From assembly GCA_039545335.1 (NCBI GenBank), contig BCIN01000003.1, positions 868,001 through 932,000 on the forward strand: a stretch of 64,000 nt of DNA, in the 5' to 3' direction. The DNA comes from Kondoa subrosea. Lineage: Eukaryota. Positions 26,512 through 36,899 of this stretch are shown here, in pieces. Made by a program: the position numbers and the translations under genes. The notes below the pieces were generated by a model. The model was not told the DNA's origin, ran no database searches, and saw only the letters and a list, made by a program, of their open reading frames with translations. Within the stretch, counting starts at the first letter, position 1. Each line of letters begins with the position of its first letter.

Positions 26512-27646
26512 TTAGTCCGCTTTCCTGACCCAGGTCTTTGGTTTGTTCGCGCCTGAGGGAATTCTTGGCGATGACGGCGCGCTACCTGAAAGAGAAACAG
26601 GTTTTCAGCTGAAGTAGACGATAGTAAGCCTCATGATTTGCTCACCTGTATGCGTTCTAACGGTAATAGGACTCTCCAAGCTTATTTCCTCCTTCTTCAT
26701 CTTTTCTTTAACAGTCAAACCACTTTCTTTAGCTTTCCAATAATAAACCAATTGACCAGCTTGAACTCCATTAAGGATTGCAGCCAACATGAAACTCCAC
26801 CAAATTGTTTCATCACCCGTTTCAGTTTGAGTGGTGTAAACTCTAGCTAAACAACCAGCTAAAGAATTGAAAACTAGGAAAGCTGATAATTGACCAGTGG
26901 ATTGGTTGGTGTAGTTTTCAATGATTTGAGGGAATTTGGAGGATAAAGAAAGAGGAATGGAAAATTTGAGCAAGAGTCGTAAAACTGACATTGGTGTTAA
27001 GGTTTCTGATAAAAGAGTATAGAACGTTCCTAATCCAAGCACAAGGAAAAGTGCTGCCGCTCCATATGGTGGTTGACGTGATCTTGTAGTGAGTGATTCT
27101 TTGGGAGATAGAGAAGCTGGTAGGGCTGCCGGGTTGTATAGGACAATCAAGCAGATGATGATTACGTTTTGAATTGCCAAGGCAATGTTTTCACCATAGG
27201 TAGATAGAGGGAAGTTGGAGCGTAAGTTGTAAGCCACGCCAATGATGAGACTGCTTGTGTCGAGTAGGTAGGAAGAAAGAGATAGCCCTCTAGCTGACTG
27301 TGCTTTGAGGATCTTGATAATCTGAGGGATCTTGACAATACCACCGCCTACGACAATACCGAAACCAAGCCCTTTGGATATCGAGTACTTGATGCATTCT
27401 GTATCCGAGAGGTTGACGTCGTAAATCTAATCGCCCAAGTACAGCTCAGCTAGCTGATGTCTGCGGTGACAACGAGAGGTCTTACAAGACTCTGATAGCA
27501 ATCCTGGGGTGATACATAAGTTCTGCATCTTTACAGTCATGAGCGCGTGGAAGACAAACATTGCCAATGATAGAAATTGCAGGGCCAGAAATAATCCCAG
27601 GCAGATTGCGTGTTATAGGCTGCAGGATAGGCTGCAGAAAGGTCAT
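26512..27646 (-). CDS. MPDU1: Mannose-P-dolichol utilization defect 1 (PQ-loop) protein
   Basis: ISKGLGFGIVVGGGIVKIPQI, AYNLRSNFPLSTYGE, SKFPQI..NQSTGQLSAF..LAGCLARVYTT. Confidence 0.92.
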
Positions 27647-27829
27647 TTTGTCGCTAGTGGGGACCTAGAGTGCAAAGCAGTAACGAATCGTTGCGAAATA
27701 AGGTCCAATTATATAGTCGAGAGCAAAGGCGATGTTTACGCGTTGAATCGCTTATATATATTACATGCAGTACACTTCGCACATCCCTCTGCAGTACATT
27801 CACCTTGCTGTAGACTAATCAGCGCGTTA

Positions 27830-30480
27830 TCAAGGAATTGACTTTGGAGACTCACGTAAGAAAGACCAAATCGTGCCTAATACGCACATCACTGTTGCTA
27901 CTATCAGCTCTGTTCTTTGCAGGCTACAATAACACTTACCAGTGGAAATCGCCAATAGAATCCCGTCCACTATAATTCTGAGCCAGCTCATCTCTTTCCG
28001 ATTCAAAGCCAAATTCGCACATATCGGTCCATGTACGCAAATAACGAAAGCAGAGAACGATCCCAGCAATGCCATCACGCTCTCGAACTGCGGCCAAACA
28101 ATAGCAACCAATACGACAGCAGCAGTGAGGAGAATTTTGATCAATACTTTGACGGAAGCTTTGACGGGTTTAGGTGCTTCTATTAATGAGATCCGAGAGA
28201 AAGAGGAAGAAGAAGCTCGTTGTTGAATGGTGATTTTGCTATCTTTTGGCGGAGTAAGCAGATCATCGATTTTCGTTGTTTGTATATCTGCAGGAGGGGA
28301 AAAGTGGAAATCCGAATGAGTTGGCTCGTCTTGCTTAATATCGGCTTCATGTTCTGATTCTCGCCGTTGAGCATGAGCGTCGATACCCAGCATGTATTCA
28401 AGCGTCGCCGTAAGTGGTCTGCCGGCAATTACTTTAGCTGGTATTATTCCAAGGTGCAAGACAAGCTGACCTAATACCAAGTGCAAATTTGCACAGCGGA
28501 TTTATAGCTATCGTCCAAACTGCTAGTCGAGTGACAGTCTTAGGGTAGCCAGGTGTAGACAGAAGATTTTGTGTGATCTGTGATAGACCACCAACCCGAA
28601 ATCAGCTAAGGCTGAGTCTGCTTGAAGTCTCTCACTTCTTGCGCAGAATTTTGCCCGAACCTGATCGATGTCGTTTCAGCATGTGGAGCTAGTTTAGTTT
28701 AGACTGAACTAACATGAGGTAGCCAGCGACGGCCATCAAAACATATAATACAGTTGAAAAGAGGTATGCTAGGTTGATCATAGCGGGGAATTGCTTGGGC
28801 GCTGCGAGAATATTAGCATGAGATCAGAGCCTCAAGTCATGCGACTAACATTTCATGTCTTTAGCAAGAGAAGGCATCACAGCATGTCCAGCAAACTTAA
28901 TTGTCACATCAGCAAAACTGTATAGCACTTACGGACAAGCTTACACCACTCATGATCAAGCCGAACGTCAAAGGAAGAGTACTCCAATCGGGACCAATAT
29001 TAGTGTGCACAGGATGTCGAAGACTGCCTGGTGCATCGTGCTTCAGACTTCCATCTACATATACGACGACCAGTAGGGTAATGCAGGATACGATGCCACA
29101 TATAAAGTCAGCTTAGCGAAGGATGAAAAGGCAAAAGCCATACCCAATGAGTGATGTAATTGAGAGAAATCGTAGTGGTAGAAATACAGTCGGACATATT
29201 CTATTGTAATAGATCAGACTAGCCTCTAATCAGGGTTTATTGTCTTACATGAAGAAACCAATGAGTTTGAATTGATTGGTAGAAAGCTTGGGTAGTAAAA
29301 ATGACATGCTGTCGCCGAAAAGAACGACCAAAGCGACACTGTAATATTGATGAGTAAGATGTTTGTGCTTTTTGATGCTCCGTACGAAAGTGAAGAAAGC
29401 TCCAAAGCGAAAAGTAGACTAATGCCCATCCGCGCCCTGTCGCCAAAAGCTATTGACACTCAGCCTTTGATGTAAATTAGGTTAGACACTGGCTAACCTA
29501 AGGCTCCTATATCTGTATAGGAGGAAAGCCCTTTATGGGAATGTATCAGGTTGGCCAATATCTTGGCGGTATAATTTGTTATGAGAGCACAGAAGAGCGT
29601 GATCATTATCCCGAGGACCCATCCAGCGTGAGCGAAGGCCAGTGCTGTGAGCATTTCGGGTGAGCTTGAAGTTAAATTTGTAGATGAGATAAGCCTCACG
29701 TTCTGCTAATATCGCTACGCCAACCAGCACATTGATGGAATTGAACAGACTCTGAGCAAAAGTGCTCATCCCACTTGGATCTTCTCCGTCATCCGAATTC
29801 CCCTCTTCCACTATTAGTGCAGATCCTTGTATCGAAGATAAAGATTGTTTCATATGCGCTTTCAAAGCACTGTTTCTTCTAGCAAAAGGCACATCTTCGG
29901 GAGGGGAAGAACCATAGGATGGATATTCGTCTGTAGAGGCTAAGAGACCTGAAGTTTCTGATAATGATGACGATGGGATGGTGCTCGCTTTAGCAGAACG
30001 CCTGCTTGATCTCCTTCTTTTCCTTTTATCCTTTTGTAACGCAACAGCATTGGGTGGTAGAGCTTCGACTGAAGTCGACCAAGTCTCCGAAGGCCTTATC
30101 TGATGATGCGTCTCATCGTCGCTGTACTCATCAGAGTCGTCATCGTTCCCCTCTTGTATTGACTCATCGTCGTTGCTCATTGCAGTAGACATAGAAGCAC
30201 TTTCTGCTGCATCACTAGTCTTCTTTGGTCGAGGCAGATAGCGAGCAACAAAACTTGGGGAAGAGGGCATTTGCGAGCCAATGAAAGCTGTAGAACGGCT
30301 GTATGACTGTATAACAGCATTCTATGAGCTATGTTTGAGCGTTCCAGATGGCTTCCAGCTCACCCAGACCAGATCTAGCGAAGTCGATAACAGCGAATTG
30401 GGTTGATTGCGATCTCTCTGGCTATGAGAAGGACGATGACTGCTTTGCTGCCCGCGTATAGGTATACTCCTGTTGGCCAT
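27830..30480 (-). CDS. Vacuolar amino-acid transporter (Aa_trans / AVT1-like)
   Basis: Long S-rich N-terminus, STFAQSLFNSINVLVGVAILAE, LAFAHAGW, NYTAKIL, FAGHAVMPSL, PQFESVMALLGS. Confidence 0.88.
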
Positions 30481-30688
30481 CTCGTCAAAGGACGTCGCTG
30501 TTCAGCTGCTCGGCAGATGATAATGAAAAAACCAATTTTGCAAATTTATGGGGTCAGATAAGGTTAGCAAAATTGGGTCTCTGATCGCGTTAGCGTACTC
30601 AGGTCGGGACGAGCATTGAGATGGGCGCGTGGACTTTTGCTTAACAAGCTGCGACGAAGATACACGAAAGATCTTCGCAATGAAGCAT

Positions 30689-31632
30689 TCAATATACCTT
30701 TACAACTCTTTGCTTGCCGAAACAATCCAGCTCAATCTTCCCTTGCCCAACATGCTTGAAGATCTCCTCGACTCTCTTAGCTTGATCCCATCCTACTTCC
30801 AGCACGATTCTCGGTAATCCTGTCTCTCCATTGCTCAGCAACGCTTGACACACTTCTGCAATTCTATAATAATACAGCAGGCCATCTTCATTCTCTTGCG
30901 ATCCCACTAAAGCCGAACGAGCTTCCCAATCCTTGACTGATTTGTCCAGTAGAGCATATTCTTTGGGTGGAATATAAGGCGGATTAGAGACAATGAGGTC
31001 GAATGGCTTTGATTCGAGTGATAAGAGTTTCGAAGTGAGAAGAGAGTCGAAGAGATCTATCTGATAGAAGGCGACTGGATTCTGCAGTGAGCTCGAGTTC
31101 CGCTCATGATTCTGCTTGGAGAGGGAGATCGCGGCCGACGAGTAATCGATGGACATGATGGTTGATGAATCACGAGGTAAAGATGCGGCCAAATGTAGAG
31201 CGATACAACCGCTTCCTGAACCAATTTCAAGTATGGAAAAAGGTCTTGAGCGATCTTTGAGTTTCGGCAGGAGCTCCTTCGTCAAGTCAGAGACCCAGGA
31301 TTCCGTTTCTGGTCTAGGAATAAGGATAGGCGGACGTATAAGAAGAGACAGATCATTGAAGGGCTGATCGCCTAGAGAAGGGTATAAGATAGATTTCGGT
31401 GCGAGAGACGTAGGAAAGCACCAATACAGTAAGAGAGAGGTTTAGCATGTACTACATGAGCATGCAGCATGCTTCTCAAGTGAGATTGGGAAGTAGAGGC
31501 TTCTTTCAGCCAACGCAAAACATTTGAAGCTTCAGCTCCATGCATTCGCGGCAGTTTTCGCTGGAGCGCTTCATGCAGTCTTGTAGTGGTATGACTTGGC
31601 TTCTGTAGAGTCCGCAAGAGCAGCCGAGGCAT
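30689..31632 (-). CDS. MTQ1: HemK/PrmC-family release-factor glutamine methyltransferase (mitochondrial type)
   Basis: KPLSYCIG, ILIPRPETE, LEIGSGSGCIAL, DLIVSNPPYI, LEVGWDQA, and D.FGKQR. Confidence 0.88.
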
Positions 31633-31971
31633 GCATAGTTTTCGTTTCAAGTTGACCCAAGGTTGACCAAAGTTGGCCATGTCTTCGTGCAATTCAACAC
31701 GACATGAGAAGCCACTGAGAAGCCTAGAAAATAGCGAACATTGGATGCAAGCTGCATCTTGGGACTTCATTGGTCAGCCTCAGGCCTTTCGGTCCGCGAC
31801 AGCTATTGTTCGCGCTAGCTCTGCATTTAGTCCCTCCTGTGTTTCACTCTATTCCTTCTCATGTACTTCGCAGCTCTCTTTGTTCTTTCTCTTCTTCTGC
31901 TCCTGTATTTGCGCACATCTTGTTCCTCCTCGATCTCGCGCCCAGGAAAAGCTGCCTATCCGTGCTCAGGC

Positions 31972-33132
31972 ATGTCTTTGGACGAAGTATTACGTCTGCT
32001 TATGTCCCCCAACATTGTCGATGACCTAGAAGCATTTACTGAGCTCTGCGTGGTAAGCATACAACGCTCCTTGGCCAAGTCGGCCCTTACACGCGAGCTT
32101 AGCATTGCCAAACGAAGCCACGGCACCGAGATGGTCGGAAAGTACATCTCTTCTGCAGTAGGACTTGCGCAGCGGCTCGAAAGTCACAAGTTCAACCAAG
32201 CAAGCTACAGCAGATACTCAATCCGACAAATTATGCAATCAAGTACGCAAGGCCTCTCGCCTAGTAGCAGACTCTCTAATTCGTTTGGCAGTCAAAATAA
32301 CATCTGTTTGCAATGTGACAGCAAACCTGTTCGAGCGGAAAGCGGACGTCCCTCAGATTTCTGCAGTTCCCAATGCCGAGAATTGATTTATGATCGAGGT
32401 CAGTAGGGTGAAGGTAGTTAAGCTTATACTGATTGTGTGACAGGACCTGTTCTATTCAAGCTCAACAACCAGTCATCTGCCTTCAAATCTGTCGATGCGC
32501 AGTTTCGCAGCGGGTGGAAGCATAGCTCAACTTGTCCTCAGATCGTTTCAGTCTACAAAGCCTTTGCACCCGCTCGTCTCGCCAAGTCATTCGCCTGGTA
32601 TTCGCACAAGATCGAGAATTTGCGGCATTGTAAAGCGAAGGGTCAGACCGTAGGCAACTTGCAGCGTCGTTGGCATGGAAGTCGACGAACTTGTACTATA
32701 GGCGATCTAGATCACGCCAGAGAAGCTCAATTCTGCTCTGATCCCGACTGTAGAGTCTGCAGGATCTTTCAGACTTCTTTCGCCCTTTCAAGGGCTGGTG
32801 AAAATACAAATTTCGTTCGATTTGGCATGGGAATCTACACTTCTGCTACGTCAAGCAAAGCCAACGACTACTCTACCTCTCCCAATTCTCCCTACAAAGC
32901 GATGGTTTTGTCGAAAGTTATTATCGGCAAAGCAGCGGTTCTCTACGCAGATCAGCGAGACCTCCAATCAGCACCAAAGGGCTATGACAGCGCTCAAGGT
33001 GAACCCGGAGGCTCCCTCAACTATGATGAGGTGGTAGTAAGTGATGTCAATAGATTTACTTCAGATTCTGATCTCGTCCAGGTATATGATGACAATGCTA
33101 TCAGACCTTTATACCTATGCATTTACGAATGA
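31972..33132 (+). CDS. PARP-like ADP-ribosyltransferase with two N-terminal C4 zinc-finger repeats (ART1)
   Basis: Four introns. CVHC..FCSRTC and CLQC..FCSSQC, then an ART fold with RRWHGS (32671), FGMGIYTSATSSKA (32821), GYDS and NYDEVVVY (~33022), i.e. an H-Y-E triad. Confidence 0.85.
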
Positions 33133-33229
33133 ACGTGTTTATTCTTCAGTGAGCTCAGTCTGTCAGTCACGATATCAGAGCTGATGAGTCTTCGAACAGA
33201 CGGGATTAGGGTGTATTGCACAGCAGATG

Positions 33230-34111
33230 TTACACATGCAAAAGGCTTGTTATCTCCAAAACTTCCTCTACAGTATCGTCTCCAGCTCTCAATCGATCTC
33301 TTGCTTGCATCAAGATCTTCCCTAATTCGTTTCGACCCAATCTATCCTGAAAGTCTCATTCAGTCGAAAGTGTGAGAGACAGTACAAACGCTTACAGAAC
33401 CGCATCCCCAGAATGCGTCTGTTGGTGAGTCTTCTATCAGTTCTGCATTTCCCGTTGACAACAAGAGGCGTTTGATCTCAGGATGTTGAGCGAGTTTAAC
33501 GTTGACCTTTAACAGTGTCAACATCGACTTAAAGCATCCGACAAGACCATACCACTGCGCGCATGATACCCACGTTGACCTCAAACCAGTCCAGTCTTCT
33601 AAATCGATCCAAATCTCTAGCTAAGCGCAGTGCATCCGAAGCTGTTGTTGTTTGCTGGATCTTCTGCAGTATTTTAGGATGGTCTTTGAATTTGCAGGCC
33701 TGATAAGCTGCCTCAGAAGTAGTGTAGACCGTATCATTGAAGCGAACTGAAGAAACCTATCAGCGAAGCAGAGTCGATCAAACCCAGCCATAACTTGCTT
33801 TGATGATCTGAAAAATTGGTGAACTCGTAGAGAGGATCCTCTCGATTGTAGAAGAGAATTGGCTCTTCGACAAGTGCCTGCTTCTCCGGTGCTTTCAATG
33901 GCCTTATTTCGCTGCGATTCTTTTTGACCGCTTGCTCCTCGAATCTCACCAACTCGCTTTTCCGCTTCTTTCCTGTTACAGCATGTTCCTGATAGCCTGT
34001 GCTCTGGCCATTAATCGCGTAGTGGCTCGAGTGCATCCGTTTTTCACCTTGAGGGAAAGCGTCCCCTACGGTGAAAGTTTCTTTCATCCACTTCTTGAGA
34101 CCGAATGGCAT
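33230..34111 (-). CDS. NADAR family protein (YbiA/DUF1768), putative ADP-ribosyl / N-glycosidic hydrolase
   Basis: Three introns (first is GC-AG, 33747-33798). ILFY..EFTNFS..YTTSEAAYQACKF..DW..IMR..KLAQHPEIKRLLLSTGNAELIEDSPTDAFWGCG..GRNELGKILM. Confidence 0.92.
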
Positions 34112-34280
34112 ATCAAGATGATGTGCTGTGCTTTTACGAATGCTCCAGACGTACTCGTTCCTGCTCAAGCCAGAAATTGCAATTTGCCCGCAGCGTTTGT
34201 TCTATTCTTTCTGCATAAATTCGTACTAGTCAATACTAGCCTATGTTAGCTTTTCTGCTCTTTGCTTTGTTTTGTACAGT

Positions 34281-35904
34281 ATGTGTCAACCCGACAAAGT
34301 TCGCAAAGCTACTACTCGCTGCGCGCATTGCAAGACTCTGCCTGTCCGACCGGAGTCTGTTGACTCTCGCATCTATTCCTCTTTTTGCGGTAAAGCCTGT
34401 GAAACCATGGCCGCTCAAGCTGCACAAGAAGACAAGAAATGTACTGTAAGTAGCTTATTGCAGATATGGCTTGTCTGATGCTAGACATAGCAATGTCAAA
34501 AACGCCTCGCTACAAAGAGAACAATTACGAGCATCCATTCTGCGCAAAGAGATGCGCTGGTCTGGCTCTCGCATCCGGAACAGCAGCGAGATCTGTCACA
34601 GCTACTGCTACTTCCAATGCGGTTGTCCCAAGCTCGACATGCACACTCTGCAAGAAAAGACCGACTTGGGCGAATAGAGCTGGAGTAAGATCGGCTTACT
34701 GCAGCAACAGATGTCGCCAGTACGTTTTGCTGGTAAGATGTGAGACACCTCGTTGAGCAATTACCAGACAAGCCGTGAAACAAGCCGGTATCGAAAGCTG
34801 CCTTCAGTGCAGAAGCAATCCAAAATATGAGGATATCAAGGGCAAGCTGTTAGACTTTTGCGGTATTAAGTGCCGGAATGCGGTTTCTGCCAAAGGTGAG
34901 TCTTCAACGATCCTTTGCTTTCGCGCAAATCTGATATATCGTTCGTAAGCTCCGCTCGTCTTAGAAGTTGATAAAGACTCGGTCAAGCACAAATCTGTCA
35001 AGGACCAGTTGTATGCCCTTCTGTTATACCTCTATTTTCCATTTCTAATATCCTCGAGACAGTACATCCCAATGGAAACACCCTACAGCCTGTCCAGAAA
35101 TGCTGCGTGTCCTCAAAGTCTATAGCAAACGAAGTATTGCTGTCGCGTACGATACATACCGAGACAGCATTGAAGCTGCTCGGGACTTTGAATCGCAAAA
35201 TCGGTCTAAAGGCAATGAGTGTCGTCGGTGGCACGGGTAAGCCCATCGTTTTTTGTGCAAGCCTCGAAGTGAAACATTGAACTACTAGGCGGGATTGTCA
35301 GCTGGGCGATGATCCGAAGGCGCCATTGATTTTCTGTCAAAGTCAGACATGCTCGTTGTGTTCTATTCTGAAAAGTATACGATGATCATCGACGCAGAGA
35401 TAACGATGCTAATTCATGTTTGCGTCACAGCTTCTTTCAATCTGGTACATTTCGGCAGAAAAACAAACTTTGGAAGGTAAGTCAATCAAACACACATTTC
35501 AGCATCAAATGTCTGAATCTTGCAAACAGATTCGGCACCGGTATTTATACCTCAGCTACTTCTTCGAAAGCTGCCGACTACATCAGCGGACACGGAAGTA
35601 GAACTACCCGAGCGTTCATCCTTGCTAAAGTCGTTTTGGGCCAAGCGAAAGTGCTTACTTCGGATAATATTGGTTTGAAGGCGCCTCCTAGCGGGTACGA
35701 CTCAGTCATCGGCAAGCCTGGAAGTATGCTGAAGTGAGTGCATGTCGTTCGTATTTTGAATTATCCAATCTCATCCTGGGACTTGTTAGTTACGATGAAG
35801 CGTAAGTGTGCACGTTCGTCATCAACCAAACTCATTGATGAGCCAGTATTGTCTACTCTAACGATGCAATTCTACCGCTTTACGTGGTCATTACCCAAAG
35901 GTGA
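34281..35904 (+). CDS. Second PARP-like ADP-ribosyltransferase with four C4 zinc-finger repeats (ART2); possibly frameshifted
   Basis: Nine introns. CAHC..FCGKAC, CTQC..FCAKRC, CTLC..YCSNRC, CLQC..FCGIKC, then GNECRRWHG, FGTGIYTSATSSKA, GYDSV and NYDEAIVY. Apparent 1-nt deletion near 34500. Confidence 0.8.
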
Positions 35905-36899
35905 AAGTTCTGATGGTGATTTAGCGTACGAGATGTGCGCCGTGCTATGGTTCATCTACTTGGCTCTATGCAATCGAATGTCTGTGCCGTTTTATTGCCC
36001 ATCGAAACTATGCTCTGTGCAAAGTAGCGACGAAAACTTAGGCAGACGAAAGCAGAGGGGCGCCAATCCTACTGCAAGAGAAGAGCACTCGAAGGCAGAT
36101 TCAAAAGGACAGGTAGGACCGGAACACAAGCATGAACAATGCATTATATACAAGTTAACGACTGAAGTGCGCACTGCTGCTGCTAAACACAAATGATCTA
36201 CAAACGCATCTAGTAGACCCGATTTTACTACACTAGATATCGATCCAAGGCCAGAGAGTAAAAGGAGAGAGACTAGAAAATCGAAGTCAGCTTGAGGAGA
36301 TCCAAAGACAAAGCATTGAGACTCACAAATACGCGTGCCAGTTCTGGCTGAAAAAGCTGTTGATGAAGACCACAGCTAGTCTTTGTGATCGATGAGCCAG
36401 ATATGGCAGACTGAAGCAATGACAATCAGCTTGGACAATGAAAGTAAAAGGCAAGAACATACTCGTCACTCCCTTAGCATCTCTTTCTGAAGTTCTCATC
36501 GCTCAAAAGACGATAGAACTCCTGACAGTACCAAACGCCGAGGGCATAGCGTTGGACGCAACCTCAATATTTGGCTTTTCGTCACCTCCAGCCTAAAGAG
36601 CACTTCTCGAAGAAAAGTAGCTCTTGGTCTTAACGGCTCATGGAAGGTTTCACGAAGGATACGGATTGCGAGGGCATATTTTCTGTGAATGAAATGGTCA
36701 GCGAAAGATATATAAAGAGATCAAAGAGACTCACGCAATCCGCGCCTGTACATCTCTCGATTCTAGCACTGGCACAAGTGCGACCATCTCTCTCCTGTAC
36801 TTCGTACACACCCTTGACAACATCTCTTGATTTACAGCATAGACCAGAAGTGAAGAATTGACTCGACAACCCAAAACAGCATAAAGGTACAGATCAAGC

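Noticed and set aside
33747..33798. GC-AG first intron in the NADAR gene
   Set aside because: GC donors are a normal minor class in fungi. It restores the frame cleanly and is not evidence of pseudogenisation.
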